In this document: piece by piece, positions 37,360 through 48,011 of the stretch
How positions within the stretch are numbered: the stretch's first letter is position 1
Layout of the letters: the number at the start of each line of letters is the position of its first letter
Source of the DNA: an uncultured Candidatus Rokubacteria bacterium
Lineage (GTDB): Bacteria; Methylomirabilota; Methylomirabilia; Rokubacteriales; DASRDR01
Reading direction: 5' to 3'
Length of the DNA stretch: 64,000 nucleotides
Assembly (NCBI GenBank): GCA_963826115.1
Contig: CAWGVS010000004.1
Coordinates: 32,001 to 96,000 of the forward strand
Notes under the pieces: model-generated
Told to the model about the DNA's origin: nothing
Seen by the model: the letters and a program-made list of their open reading frames with translations, nothing else
Databases searched by the model: none
Translations under genes and position numbers: made by a program

Positions 37360-39141
37360 ATGCGCTGGCTGTCGACGACCGTCCTGGCCGTCCTCCTGGT
37401 CGGCCTCGCGACCTTCTACTACGTCTACGAGATCCGGCAGGCGCCCGAGCGCGAGAAGGCGGCCACCATCAAGGACCGCCTGTGGAAGGAGCTCGAGGGG
37501 AAGGACCTCGAGGAGATCATCGTCCAGCGGAACGGGGCCGTGACGCTGCACCTCAAGAAGAGCGGCGACGCCTGGAGCCTGGTCGCGCCCGTCGCGGTGT
37601 CGGCCGATCGTGGCGCGGCCGACGGGCTGGCGATGTCGCTGGCGACCCTCCGGGTCGAGCGGGAGATCGAGGCGAATCCCCAGAAACCGGGCGACTTCGG
37701 GCTCGCGCCGCCCGCTGCCGAGGTGACCTTCAAGGCGAAGGGCCAGGACCGCACGGTCAAGCTCGGCGCAAAGAGCCCGAGCGGGATGTGGGCGTACGCG
37801 CAGGAAGGCGCCAAGCCCGCGGTCATCCTCGTGCCGGAAGGGATCCTGGTGGACGCCCAGAAGGCGCCGAGCGACTACCGCGACAAGACGCTGCTCGCCT
37901 TCGACCGGAAGGACGTCAAGACGATCGAGGTCCGGGGCCCGGCCGGGCAAGTCGTGGCGGCCGCGAGCGCGAAGGGCCCCGACGAGTGGCAGCTCACCGC
38001 CCCGCTCCAGGCGCCCGCGGATCGCGAGGCGATCGGCGCGCTGCTGGAGAAGCTCCGCGCGGCGAAGATCAAGGAGTTCGTCACCGACGCGCCCAAGAGC
38101 CCCGCCGAGTACGGGCTCGACCGGCCGACACGCCTCGCGCTCGGGGTTGGGGAAGAGGCGTCGCGGACCTCGCGGGTCCTCCGCTTCGGCAAGGCGGTCC
38201 CCGAGAAGAAGGGCATCTACGCCCAGCGCGAGGGCGACGCGACCGTGCTGCTCCTCGACGAGGACCTCGGACGGTCGGTCCCCGCGACGGCGATGGCGTT
38301 CCGGGACAAGTCGGTGTTCGCGTACGACCGCGGGAAGCTGGAGCGCGTGGAGCTCGAGAGCCCGAAGGGCAAGGTCGCGCTGGCGCTTCAGGACGGGAAG
38401 TGGCGGATCACCGCGCCGGTGACGCTCCCCGCGGACGAGGGCGCCATGAGCCAGATGCTCTTCAAGGCGCGGGACCTCCGCGCGCGTGACTTCGTGGCCG
38501 AGGACGGCAAGCGCCTCGCCGCCTACGGGCTCGACAAGCCCCAGGTCCGCGTCACCGTGTGGGAGAAGGATGCCAAGGAGCCGAAGGCGCTCCTCCTCGC
38601 GCCGGGGAAAGAGAAGGACCGCGCCTACGCGACCGTCGTCGGCGCGGGCGGCGCGACGGTGGCCGCCGTCGACGCGTCGACGCTCGCCGACCTGACCCGG
38701 GGCGTGACGGACCTGCGCGACCGGTCGTTAGCCGCGGCCTTCGACACGAAGGACGTCAGCAAGGTCACGATCCAACGTCCGAGCGTGACCCTGGCCCTCG
38801 ACCGGACGGGGACCGGCGAGGAGGACTGGCAGCTCGCCGCCCCGAAGAAGGGCAAGACGCGGGGCGGTCGCGTGAGCGAGCTCCTGTGGACCCTCCGCAA
38901 TCTCAAGTGGAAGGACCTCGTGGCGGAGCAGGGCTGGGACGCGGCCCGCTACGGGCTCGCCGCCGGCGCGACCACGATCACGCTGACGGGCAAGGACGGC
39001 AAGACGATCGCCGCGCTCGCCGTGGGCAAGCAGGAGGCCGGGATCACCTACGTCCGGATCCCCGGCGAGCCGGCGCTCTACGCCATCGACGCGAAGACGC
39101 TCGGCGAGCTGCCCGGCACGCCCGAAGAGCTGCTGCTCTAG
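37360..39141 (+). CDS. DUF4340-domain protein (three repeats)
   Basis: N-terminal anchor; repeated W.L.AP...AD...YGLD.P and RD+ motifs; typical position after gldG. Confidence 0.82.
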   Translation: MRWLSTTVLAVLLVGLATFYYVYEIRQAPEREKAATIKDRLWKELEGKDLEEIIVQRNGAVTLHLKKSGDAWSLVAPVAVSADRGAADGLAMSLATLRVEREIEANPQKPGDFGLAPPAAEVTFKAKGQDRTVKLGAKSPSGMWAYAQEGAKPAVILVPEGILVDAQKAPSDYRDKTLLAFDRKDVKTIEVRGPAGQVVAAASAKGPDEWQLTAPLQAPADREAIGALLEKLRAAKIKEFVTDAPKSPAEYGLDRPTRLALGVGEEASRTSRVLRFGKAVPEKKGIYAQREGDATVLLLDEDLGRSVPATAMAFRDKSVFAYDRGKLERVELESPKGKVALALQDGKWRITAPVTLPADEGAMSQMLFKARDLRARDFVAEDGKRLAAYGLDKPQVRVTVWEKDAKEPKALLLAPGKEKDRAYATVVGAGGATVAAVDASTLADLTRGVTDLRDRSLAAAFDTKDVSKVTIQRPSVTLALDRTGTGEEDWQLAAPKKGKTRGGRVSELLWTLRNLKWKDLVAEQGWDAARYGLAAGATTITLTGKDGKTIAALAVGKQEAGITYVRIPGEPALYAIDAKTLGELPGTPEELLL

Positions 39142-39199
39142 TGGGCGCCGCGCGCGGGCCGAACGCGCCGGGCCGGACGCGGCGCTGACCGAGGTCGAG

Positions 39200-39985
39200 A
39201 TGCCGGAGACGCTGCTCCTCGAGGTGACGGACGGCATCGCCACCCTCACGCTCAACCAGCCGGCCCGCCGCAACCCCATGAGCGAGCGCATGGGCGAGGA
39301 GCTGGCCGAGACCCTGCGGGCGGTCGAGGCGCGCGAGGACGTCCGCGTCCTGGTCCTGGCCGGCGCGGGGGAGTCGTTCTGCGCGGGCGGCGACATGGCG
39401 TTGATCGAGGCCAACACGCGGCGCGACGTGGAGACGCGCCGCCAGGTCATGCGGGGGTACTACGAGCGCTACCTCTCCCTCCAGCGCCTCTCGGTGCCCA
39501 CGATCGCCGCGATCCACGGCCACGCAGTCGGGGGCGGGCTCGCGCTCGCCCTGGTCTGCGACCTCCGGTACGCCGCGGAGGACGCGCGGCTCTCGGTCAA
39601 CTTCGCGCGCCTGGGCCTCCACCCCGGCATGGCGTCGACCCTGACCCTGCCGCGCGCGGTCGGCGCGGCGCGCGCGCTCGAGCTCTTCTACACGGGGCGC
39701 GTCGTGTCCGGGCGCGAGGCCGAGGCGATGGGCCTGGTCAACCGGGCCGTCCCGCGGGCCGAGCTGCTGGCGACCGCCCTCGAGACGGCGCGCGCCATCG
39801 CCGCCGGCTCGCCGCTCGTCGTGCGGATGCTGAAGCGCGCCGTGTACCAGGGGCTCGAGAGCGCCGTCGCCGCGGCGGTCGAGTACGAGGCCTTCTGCCA
39901 GGCGATCACCTTCGGGAGCGAGGACCTCCGGGAGGGGCTCGCCGCCGCGCGCGAGCGCCGCCCCCCGCGGTTCGTGGGCCGATGA
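39200..39985 (+). CDS. Enoyl-CoA hydratase/isomerase (crotonase) family protein
   Basis: FCAGGDM, PTIAAIHGHAVGGG, EAMGLVN, EDLREG..A..ERRPP.F.GR. Confidence 0.92.
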   Translation: MPETLLLEVTDGIATLTLNQPARRNPMSERMGEELAETLRAVEAREDVRVLVLAGAGESFCAGGDMALIEANTRRDVETRRQVMRGYYERYLSLQRLSVPTIAAIHGHAVGGGLALALVCDLRYAAEDARLSVNFARLGLHPGMASTLTLPRAVGAARALELFYTGRVVSGREAEAMGLVNRAVPRAELLATALETARAIAAGSPLVVRMLKRAVYQGLESAVAAAVEYEAFCQAITFGSEDLREGLAAARERRPPRFVGR

Positions 39986-40686
39986 CCGCCGCGGCGCCGA
40001 GCGGACTCTATCTCCGCCAGATGGAGCTCGGGCCCATGCAGAACTTCGTCTACCTCGTCGGCGACCGCGAGGCGGGCGAGTGCGTCGTGGTGGACGCCGC
40101 GTGGGAGATCGACACCATCGTGCGCACCGCCGAGGCCGACGGGCTCCGCATCACCGGCGCGCTGGTGACGCACACGCACCAGGACCACGTCGGCGGGAGC
40201 CTGGCCGACTGGGGCATGCCGGGCCGGATCCCGGGCGTCGAGGAGCTCCTCGGCCAGGTCCGGGCCAAGGTCTACGTCCACAAGGCCGAGCGCGAGTTTC
40301 TCCGCGGGTTCGGCTCGGACCTGGTGCAGGTGGAGAGCGCGATGGACCTGCCCGTCGGGCGGTTCACGATCACGTTCATCCACACCCCCGGCCACACGCC
40401 CGGCTCGCAGTGCTTCCTGGTCGACGGGCGGCTCGTGTCGGGGGACACGCTCTTCATCCAGGCCTGCGGCCGCACCGACCTGCCGGGCGGCGACCCGAGC
40501 GAGATGCACCGGAGCCTCACCCAGCGGCTCGGGCGACTCCCCGACGACACCGTTCTCCTGCCCGGCCACAACTACGGCGGCCCCCAGTCCACCATCGGCG
40601 ACGAGAAGCGCGAGAACCCGTTCCTCCAGATGGGGCTCGGCGAGTTCCTCCGCGCGATGGGGGGTGGCCGGATCGCCCCGCCCTAG
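39982..40686 (+). CDS. MBL-fold hydrolase (glyoxalase II-like)
   Basis: THTHQDH, HTPGHTPGS, SGDTLF, PGHNY. Confidence 0.9.
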   Translation: MTAAAPSGLYLRQMELGPMQNFVYLVGDREAGECVVVDAAWEIDTIVRTAEADGLRITGALVTHTHQDHVGGSLADWGMPGRIPGVEELLGQVRAKVYVHKAEREFLRGFGSDLVQVESAMDLPVGRFTITFIHTPGHTPGSQCFLVDGRLVSGDTLFIQACGRTDLPGGDPSEMHRSLTQRLGRLPDDTVLLPGHNYGGPQSTIGDEKRENPFLQMGLGEFLRAMGGGRIAPP

Positions 40687-40729
40687 GGCCGCGTCGGAGC
40701 GGATGGGCCGGCCGGGCCCATCCCGGCGC

Positions 40730-41164
40730 TCACGGCCCGAAGACCACGCCCTTCACCAGCAGGATGTTCCCGTAGGGGCGGAGCTCGCCCGTCGTCACGA
40801 CGGCGAACGCGGTCCGGGCGCGCTCGTAGAAGGCGAAGCGCTCGAGCGGCTCGAGCCGCACCGCGCGGCCGGCGGCGGCGTCCACGATCGGCTGGAACTC
40901 CCGGACCGGTGGCGGCACCGTCCCCGGATCGCCCACCACGGCCATCACGCAGGCGGGCGTCGGCGTGAAGGTGTCGAGCGGGAGGACCGACAGGATCGCG
41001 CGCAGCGCGCGCGGCGCGTCGACGCCGTCGAGCCGCACGAGGCGCCGCGCGACGCTGGTCGCCGGGAAGTTGGCGTCCGCCACCACGAGCTCGTCCCCGT
41101 GGCCCATGGCGGCGAGGACGTGGAGGAGCTCGGGGCCGAGCAGGGGATCGAGGCCCTTCAGCAT
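40730..41164 (-). CDS. RbsD/FucU family sugar mutarotase
   Basis: MLKGLDPLL, MGHGDELVVADANFP, ERFAFY, TGELRPYGNILLVKGV. Confidence 0.92.
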   Translation of the reverse strand: MLKGLDPLLGPELLHVLAAMGHGDELVVADANFPATSVARRLVRLDGVDAPRALRAILSVLPLDTFTPTPACVMAVVGDPGTVPPPVREFQPIVDAAAGRAVRLEPLERFAFYERARTAFAVVTTGELRPYGNILLVKGVVFGP

Positions 41165-41231
41165 GGCGCCCATCCTACCGCGAGACGGCGCCGCGTTGAC
41201 CCGGTCCGGGGCGTCGGGCTACCCTCCCGCC

Positions 41232-42665
41232 GTGGCCCTCGACTGGGTGGTCCGCGGCGGCACGGTCATCACGCCCCAGGGCGTCGGCCCGTGGGACGTC
41301 GGCATCCAGGGCGAGCGCATCGCGGTGCTGGCGCTTCCGGGCGCGCTGTCGACCGACGGGGCCCGCCTGCTCGACGCGACGGGCTGCATCGTCGCCCCCG
41401 GCGGCGTCGAGCCCCACACGCACCTGGCCCACGCGATCCGCACGCACCCCGACGATCCCGGCCTCACGCTCGGACCGGAGGACGACACGCGCGGCATGGC
41501 GTGCGGCGGCACGACCACGCACATCGACTTCGCCTTCGTGCGCCCGGGCACGGGGATCCAGGAGGCGATCGAGCAGCGCGCGGCCCGCTGGGTCGGGCGC
41601 TCCCACGTCGACTACAGCTTCCACGTCACGCTCTGCGGGGCGCTGCCCTTCGCCGCCTTCGACGAGATGCGGGAGGCGATCGAGGCCGGGTTCCCGAGCT
41701 TCAAGGTGTTCACGACCGACGTCCTGCCGCCGCACCCGAAGCGCCCGACGTTCCGCCTCGACTTCGGCCGGATCGAGCTCGCGATGACGCGCGCGGCCCG
41801 GCACGGCGGCCTGATGGTGGTGCACGCCGAGGACGACGAGCTGGTGCAGACTGCCTACGAGCGCTTCCGCGCCGAGGGCCGGCTGGACGGGACGAACATG
41901 CATCTCGTCCACACGAAGCTCTCGGAGCAGCTGGCGTTCGGCCGGACGATCGGTCTCGGGCGCGCGGTGGGCGCGGGCGTCTACTTCGTCCACACCTCGG
42001 CCCGGGAAGGCGTGGAGGCCGTCGAGGCGGCCAGGGCGCTCGGCGCGCCGGTCTACGCGGAGACGCTCCACCAGTACGCGTGCTTCGACGCCGAGCACTA
42101 CAAGACGCCGCGCGGATTCTGCGCGCACACGTATCCCTCGCTCAAGTTGCCGGAGGACCGGGAGGCGCTCTGGCGGGGCCTGGTCGAGGGGGCGGTCTCG
42201 ACGCTCGCGACCGACGAGTATCCCACCAGCCTCGCGCTGAAGCTTCGCGGGCGGACGATCGAGGACGTGACCGGGGGGAACCTCGGGGCGGAGGCGCGGC
42301 TGGGCATCGCGTTCACCGAGGGCGTCGTCAAGCGCGGCATGTCGCTCGAGCGGTTCGCGGCGATCACCGCGACCAACGCCGCGCGCGTGTTCGGCCTCCA
42401 CCCGCGGAAGGGCGTGATCGCGCCCGGCAGCGACGCCGACCTCGTCCTGATCGACCCCGCGATCCGGAAGACGCTCGCGAAGGACGACTTCCACGTGAGC
42501 GACTACAGCCCGTGGGAGGGCTGGGCGGTGTCGGGCTGGCCCGTCACCACGCTCCTCCGGGGCAAGGTCATCGCCGACCGAGGGCAGCTCCTCGGCGCGC
42601 TCGGAGACGGCCAGCTCGTCCCGCGCCGGATCGACCCGGTGATGCTCCGGCGCCCGGCATGCTGA
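41232..42665 (+). CDS. Dihydropyrimidinase/hydantoinase-like cyclic amidohydrolase
   Basis: PGGVEPHTH, GGTTT, SFKVF (carbamylated Lys), VHAED, KGVIAPGSDADLVL. Confidence 0.85.
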   Translation: MALDWVVRGGTVITPQGVGPWDVGIQGERIAVLALPGALSTDGARLLDATGCIVAPGGVEPHTHLAHAIRTHPDDPGLTLGPEDDTRGMACGGTTTHIDFAFVRPGTGIQEAIEQRAARWVGRSHVDYSFHVTLCGALPFAAFDEMREAIEAGFPSFKVFTTDVLPPHPKRPTFRLDFGRIELAMTRAARHGGLMVVHAEDDELVQTAYERFRAEGRLDGTNMHLVHTKLSEQLAFGRTIGLGRAVGAGVYFVHTSAREGVEAVEAARALGAPVYAETLHQYACFDAEHYKTPRGFCAHTYPSLKLPEDREALWRGLVEGAVSTLATDEYPTSLALKLRGRTIEDVTGGNLGAEARLGIAFTEGVVKRGMSLERFAAITATNAARVFGLHPRKGVIAPGSDADLVLIDPAIRKTLAKDDFHVSDYSPWEGWAVSGWPVTTLLRGKVIADRGQLLGALGDGQLVPRRIDPVMLRRPAC

Positions 42666-42667
42666 CG

Positions 42668-42702
42668 CGCCGGCGGCGCCGCTAGGACCGGCGCCGCCGG
42701 CG
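42668..42702 (+). terminator. 14-bp inverted repeat directly after the amidohydrolase stop
   Basis: CGCCGGCGGCGCCG / CGGCGCCGCCGGCG, loop CTAGGAC; no U-tract. Confidence 0.5.
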
Positions 42703-42912
42703 GCTCCGAGGGCCCGGCGGGCGCCCCACCCTCCGGCGGCCTGTGTCCGCTGTCTTGACTGCCATAGTTTCCCCGACACCGTCCTCCGCGCGACAGTGCG
42801 TCGTCTGGGTCGACCGCGAACGTTCACCAATGGACAGAACTAATCCCGAGAACGGGGGCGCACGCATGTAGCACATGTAGAAGGTCAAGCACGCTCGTCC
42901 CGTTCAACGTAA

Positions 42913-42938
42913 GATGAGGGCATTGATGAGGGCATTGA
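42913..42938. repeat. Tandem 12-bp direct repeat GATGAGGGCATT x2 (possible operator)
   Basis: GATGAGGGCATT|GATGAGGGCATT|GA in the lower-GC intergenic region. Confidence 0.5.
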
Positions 42939-43285
42939 GGTCCGAGCGAGGGTCGTTGCCCGCCTGAGGTGTGTCGGTGCCAAAGCCACTTCCCCTTGAC
43001 GCCAACCTTGGTTGCACCGTGCGCATCGTTGATCGCGCTTGATGCCGAGCCGACCTGTCGTGCCCTCGACGGTCCCGGACCGAGTGGCAGAGCGTACGGG
43101 AACGACTCGCCGTCGTGACGACGGGACCGCGCGAGTGTGACTAGACTTCACGCACGCCGCCGGCGAGGGATGGCGGCCGCGAGGCCATTGCGCGATACGC
43201 CACTCGGTGGCGTGAGCGCGATGCGCTCGATCCGGCGAATCCAGCCCACTCCCGGTGGCGCGATCGAGCCGGACTCCCTCACACG

Positions 43286-45031
43286 ATGATCAGGTTCGGC
43301 AAGCGACGCCCGAGTAACGCCGTGCACGCCCGGCACGTCCTGCGCGCGGCCCTGGCCAAGCTGCCTCAGCACGTCCAGCTCGAGGTCGCGGCCACTCTGC
43401 GCGACCACGAGGGACCGGCCCCCGGAGCGGCGGTGGCCGAGAGCCCGCCCTACGTGTTCGTCGTGCGGTTCGGAAAAACCCGGACGTTCAATGCGATCCG
43501 GCAGATGGCGTCGGCGCGCCCGGACCTCCTGGGCGTGACCTTCGAGCGGCGCTGGATCGGCGAGCGACGCCGTCAGCAGCGCTCCGGACAGGTCGACGGA
43601 CGGAAGGCCCAGCGTCGAAGCCCGGACCTCGACCAGGATTGGGTCCGCCTGGGCTTCGTGCTCTCGACCATGGTCGGCATGCCGGTCGACGGCTTCCTGA
43701 CGCCGGCCGCCGTCGGGCGGACATCGGACGAGACGCGTCGGAGCGGGCCTAGCGAGGACGCGGGTGCGGCGTCCTGGAGCCGCGTGGATCAGGGCGCCCC
43801 GCGATCCCGGCCGTCGCGGGCTCGCCGCGCGATCGCCGCGGCCATCGCGGCGCTCATCCTGCTGCCGGCCCTGTGGTGGCTTCGCGGGGCGCCGTGGCCG
43901 TCGGATCGAGTGGCGGCGCTCTTTTCGGATGTCCGACAGCGGGCTGCCCGGGAACCAGTCGGGTCGCCGGTGCCCAAGATGTTGACGGCGCCGACCCTCG
44001 TGCGGCATCAGGCGGGACCCAGCCCCGAGGGGGCCCAATCCGGCAATCGCTCGGCCGCGCCGCCGGGTCTGCCGCTCGTGGCGCTGGCCGCGCGGCCCGG
44101 ATCGGGGGCATCGGAAGCGCCCGCGTCACCCGCGGGCGTGAGCCGGGGGCGCTCCGTGGTCACGTCGCCGCCGGGCGCCCCGAAGGAGCAGTTGGGGTCG
44201 CCGGCCCTGGAGGTCCCCGCCCCCCCACCGAAGCCGGAGCTGCCTCGGCACACATCGTCGCAGGACTCGAGTCTCCCGGAGGGTTCGCATGTGCCGTCGG
44301 GCGCGTCGCCGGGACTCGCGTCGAGCGACCTCGCACCCTCCGATCCGGGCGCAGGGACGACCGTCACCGCGGGGCTCGGGCCGGTGCCGGGCGGGACCCG
44401 GGGACGTCGGCCGGAGTCCGCCGCGCCCGCGATGGTTCGGATCCTCGCCGCCCCGGGACAGGCCAGCCGCCCGGCGTCCGCGACGAGCGGGCCGCCCGCC
44501 GCGCCGCGTGGCCTCGGCTTCCTCGTCGACGGGCGAGGGTACGTGCTCACGCACGTGGACGTGATCCGTGACGGAAGGGGCCTGGAGGTCGAGCTGGCGG
44601 ACGGACGGACCTTCCTGGTGAAGCAGGTGTGGCGGGATTCGGTGGCCGGTATCGCCGTCCTGTGGATCGACGGGCGCGACCTGCCCGCGCTCGCGCTGGG
44701 CGAGTCGACCGGGCTCCGCGTCGGTGACGCGACGGCCCTCGTCGGATGGCCGACCCCGTCCGCGTCCCCGGCGGTCAGCGCCACGATCCGCGCCACCGGC
44801 TCCTTGACGGGCGGCAACCTCGCGATCGATGCGCTGATCCCGCCGGCGGCCGTCGGCGGCCCCCTGATCAACGCTCGCGGCCAGGTCGTGGGCATCGCGT
44901 CCGCGGACGCCCGCTTCATGGACGGCGGCTCCCTCGGCACTGCCGTGCCGATCGACCGCGCGAAGTCCGTGCTCCGCCAGGCGCAGGCCTCCGCACCGGC
45001 TCGATCCCCCACGCTCCTGACCGGCCGGTAG
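43286..45031 (+). CDS. Membrane protein: Arg-rich N-terminal module, TM, Pro-rich linker, inactive trypsin/HtrA-like domain
   Basis: C-terminal [14 protein letters not shown]..., [29 protein letters not shown]; catalytic residues replaced; [20 protein letters not shown]. Confidence 0.75.
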   Translation: MIRFGKRRPSNAVHARHVLRAALAKLPQHVQLEVAATLRDHEGPAPGAAVAESPPYVFVVRFGKTRTFNAIRQMASARPDLLGVTFERRWIGERRRQQRSGQVDGRKAQRRSPDLDQDWVRLGFVLSTMVGMPVDGFLTPAAVGRTSDETRRSGPSEDAGAASWSRVDQGAPRSRPSRARRAIAAAIAALILLPALWWLRGAPWPSDRVAALFSDVRQRAAREPVGSPVPKMLTAPTLVRHQAGPSPEGAQSGNRSAAPPGLPLVALAARPGSGASEAPASPAGVSRGRSVVTSPPGAPKEQLGSPALEVPAPPPKPELPRHTSSQDSSLPEGSHVPSGASPGLASSDLAPSDPGAGTTVTAGLGPVPGGTRGRRPESAAPAMVRILAAPGQASRPASATSGPPAAPRGLGFLVDGRGYVLTHVDVIRDGRGLEVELADGRTFLVKQVWRDSVAGIAVLWIDGRDLPALALGESTGLRVGDATALVGWPTPSASPAVSATIRATGSLTGGNLAIDALIPPAAVGGPLINARGQVVGIASADARFMDGGSLGTAVPIDRAKSVLRQAQASAPARSPTLLTGR

Positions 45032-45086
45032 CCGGCGTCTCCCAGGGCGCGCCGGGACCCGGTCGCGCCTTCGCGCGCGCTCAGAC

Positions 45087-46316
45087 CTAGGGCGCCGGTC
45101 CGCGGGCGGCGGTCCGCCAGGGCCGGGCCGCCGCGGCGAGCAGGAGCAGGAGCCCGATCCCGAGGCTGCCGTTGAGCAGGAACGCCGTCGACACGCCGTG
45201 GCGCTCGGAGGTCGCTCCCACCAGGAACGAGCCGAACGGGAACACGCCGCCGTAGACCCAGGTGTAGAGGCTCATGACGCGCCCGCGGAGCTCGTCCGGC
45301 GAGCCCAGCTGGATGGCGGTGTTGGCGCCCGTCACCGTGATGATGCCCGCGAAGCCCGTGACGAACAGCAGCGGCACGGCCGCCCACGGATGGTGGACGG
45401 TCGAGAGCCCGAGCAGCCCCGCGCACGCCACGGCCGCGGTCCCGAACAGGAGCCCGAGGCTCGGCTCCGGGCTGGCGCGCGCGCCGAGGGCGAGGGCCCC
45501 CGCGACGGCGCCGACCCCGAGCGCGGCCATGAGGAAGCCGAATCCCTCCGGCCCGAGGTGGAGCACCGTCCGCGCCAGCAGCGGGACGTAGACGGTGAAG
45601 TTGAACACGCACAAGCTCACCACGAAGAGCACGCCCAGCACGGCGCGCATCCGCGGCGTCCGGAGGACGTGGCGCACCCCCTCGGCGATGTCGCGCCGGA
45701 CGGACGCGCCGGTCGGCCGTCGCGCGGCCCCGTGGTCGGGCAGCCGGAGCAGGGTCGTCAGCACGACCGCGAACCCGAGGCCGTTCAGGACGAAGGCCGG
45801 GACCACGCCGAGCCGGGCGATCAGGAGCCCGGCAACCGCCGGGCCCACGATCCGCGCCCCGTTGAACGAGGCCGAGTTGAGCGCGACCGCGTTCACCAGA
45901 TCCCGCCGCCCCACGAGGTTCATCACGAAGGCCTGGCGCACGGGCGCGTCCAGCGTGTTGGCGAGGCCCGTGACGAGACCGAGCACCGCGACCTGCCAGT
46001 AGCGGGCCCGTCCCGTCGCCACCAGGAGCGCGAGGGCCCACGCCTGGCAGGCGAGCGTCGCCTGGGTGGCGATGAGGAGCCGCCGCCCCGACCAGCGGTC
46101 GGCAATCACGCCGGCGAGCGGGGACAGCAGGAGGATCGGCCCGAACTGCAGCGTGCCGAGGAGCCCCAGCTTGAACGGCGAGTCGGTGAGCTGGAGCACG
46201 AGCCACGCCTGGGACACCGTCTGCATCCACGTGCCCACCAGCGCGACCATCTGGGCGAGGAAGAAGACGCGGAACGGCCGGTGCTCGAGCGCGCGAAGCC
46301 CGTGAGGGAACGCCAT
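45087..46316 (-). CDS. MFS transporter (MFS_3/DUF894-like)
   Basis: [49 protein letters not shown]. Confidence 0.9.
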   Translation of the reverse strand: MAFPHGLRALEHRPFRVFFLAQMVALVGTWMQTVSQAWLVLQLTDSPFKLGLLGTLQFGPILLLSPLAGVIADRWSGRRLLIATQATLACQAWALALLVATGRARYWQVAVLGLVTGLANTLDAPVRQAFVMNLVGRRDLVNAVALNSASFNGARIVGPAVAGLLIARLGVVPAFVLNGLGFAVVLTTLLRLPDHGAARRPTGASVRRDIAEGVRHVLRTPRMRAVLGVLFVVSLCVFNFTVYVPLLARTVLHLGPEGFGFLMAALGVGAVAGALALGARASPEPSLGLLFGTAAVACAGLLGLSTVHHPWAAVPLLFVTGFAGIITVTGANTAIQLGSPDELRGRVMSLYTWVYGGVFPFGSFLVGATSERHGVSTAFLLNGSLGIGLLLLLAAAARPWRTAARGPAP

Positions 46317-46370
46317 GACCCGCGCCAGTGTACCGCCGCGGCCCGGGGGATTGGCCCGCGGCGCCGGCCA

Positions 46371-46390
46371 TATAATGGCGGCTGGGAGGA
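46371..46390 (+). promoter_or_regulatory. -10 hexamer and RBS for the thiolase gene
   Basis: TATAAT at 46371-46376, GGAGGA at 46385-46390, ATG at 46398. Confidence 0.55.
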
Positions 46391-46397
46391 CCCGACC

Positions 46398-47597
46398 ATG
46401 CCGGATGCCTTCATCTGCGACGCGGCCCGCACCCCCATCGGCCGCTACGGCGGCGCGCTCGCGACGGTCCGCGCCGACGACCTGGCGGCGATCCCGCTGC
46501 GGGCCCTGATGGCGCGCCACTCGCGGGTCGACTGGGGCCGCGTGGACGACGTGATCCTCGGCTGCGCGAACCAGGCGGGCGAGGACAACCGGAACGTGGC
46601 CCGCATGGCGGCGCTCCTCGCCGGCCTCCCGGTCGAGGTCTCCGGCGCGACGGTCAACCGCCTGTGCGGGTCGGGCCTGGACGCGGTGGCCACGGCGGCC
46701 CGCCTGATCCGGGCGGGCGAGGCCGACCTGATCGTCGCGGGCGGCGTCGAGAGCATGTCGCGGGCGCCGTTCGTCATGGGGAAGGCCGACGCGCCGTTCG
46801 CGCGCGACGCCCGCCTCTACGACACGACCATCGGCTGGCGGTTCGTCAACCCGCGGATGCACGAGCTCTTCGGCACCGACGCGATGGGGGAGACGGCCGA
46901 GAACGTCGCCGAGGAGTGGAAGGTCGAGCGCGTCGACCAGGACGCGTTCGCGCTCCGCAGCCAGCTCCGAGCCCGCGCCGCCCAGAAGAGCGGGCGCCTC
47001 GCGCAGGAGATCGTCCCGGTCGGGGCGTCCCGCGGCAAGGAGACCGTCCAGGTGACGGAGGACGAGCATCCGCGCGACACGACGTTCGAGGCGCTGGCCC
47101 GGCTGAAGCCCGCCTTCCGGGCCGGTGGCACGGTGACGGCCGGGAACGCCTCCGGCGTGAACGACGGCGCCTGCGCGCTCCTCGTCGCCTCCGAGCGCGC
47201 GGCGGCCGCCTACGGGCTCACGCCCCGCGCGCGCGTCGTGGCGGGCGCCACCGCCGGCGTGCCACCCCGGGTCATGGGGATCGGCCCCGTGCCGGCGACC
47301 CGGAAGCTCCTGGCCCGCACGGGGCTCGACGTCGGTCGGATCGACGTCGTGGAGCTCAACGAGGCCTTCGCGGCCCAGGCGCTGGCCGTCCTCCGCGACC
47401 TCGGGCTTCCCGACGACGCGGCGCACGTGAACCCGAACGGCGGCGCCATCGCGCTGGGCCACCCGCTCGGGATGAGTGGCGCCCGGCTTGCCACGACCGC
47501 GACCTACGAGCTACAGGCGCGAGGCGGGCGCTACGCCCTCTGCACGATGTGCATCGGCGTCGGCCAGGGGATCGCGGTGCTGCTGGAGCGCGCGTAG
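46398..47597 (+). CDS. pcaF: 3-oxoadipyl-CoA thiolase (PcaF/PaaJ type)
   Basis: [60 protein letters not shown]. Confidence 0.9.
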   Translation: MPDAFICDAARTPIGRYGGALATVRADDLAAIPLRALMARHSRVDWGRVDDVILGCANQAGEDNRNVARMAALLAGLPVEVSGATVNRLCGSGLDAVATAARLIRAGEADLIVAGGVESMSRAPFVMGKADAPFARDARLYDTTIGWRFVNPRMHELFGTDAMGETAENVAEEWKVERVDQDAFALRSQLRARAAQKSGRLAQEIVPVGASRGKETVQVTEDEHPRDTTFEALARLKPAFRAGGTVTAGNASGVNDGACALLVASERAAAAYGLTPRARVVAGATAGVPPRVMGIGPVPATRKLLARTGLDVGRIDVVELNEAFAAQALAVLRDLGLPDDAAHVNPNGGAIALGHPLGMSGARLATTATYELQARGGRYALCTMCIGVGQGIAVLLERA

Positions 47598-47605
47598 GGG
47601 GAGCC

Positions 47606-47977
47606 ATGACCACCGTCAACGTCCGCTACATGGTCGACGACGTCGACGCCGCGATCGCCTTCTACACGACCCATCTCGGTTTCACGCTCCTCACCCGGCA
47701 GGCGCCGGCCTTCGCCGACGTCAAGCGAGGAGACCTCCGGCTCTTGCTCAGCGGGCGGACCAGCTCGGCGGGCCGACCCATGCCCGACGGCCGGCAGCCA
47801 GTGCCGGGCGGCTGGAACCGGATCCACCTGATCGTGGACGACATCGTGGCGGAGGTAGATCGGCTGCGGGCCGCGGGGGTGACGTTCCGCAACGACGTCG
47901 TGCGGGGGCCCGGCGGCGCCCAGGTCCTGATCGACGACCCGTCGGGAAACCCCATCGAGCTCTTCCAGCCGCGCTGA
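47606..47977 (+). CDS. VOC/glyoxalase family protein
   Basis: VRYMVDDVDAAIAFY, PGGWNRI, DPSGNPIELFQP. Confidence 0.9.
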   Translation: MTTVNVRYMVDDVDAAIAFYTTHLGFTLLTRQAPAFADVKRGDLRLLLSGRTSSAGRPMPDGRQPVPGGWNRIHLIVDDIVAEVDRLRAAGVTFRNDVVRGPGGAQVLIDDPSGNPIELFQPR

Positions 47978-48011
47978 CCCCGCCCGGCCGGTCCGCGTCG
48001 GGCCGGGTTCG

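Noticed and set aside
42682-43151. Two small - strand ORFs (68 and 88 aa)
   Set aside because: Atypical codon usage, no motifs and no RBS; treated as intergenic.
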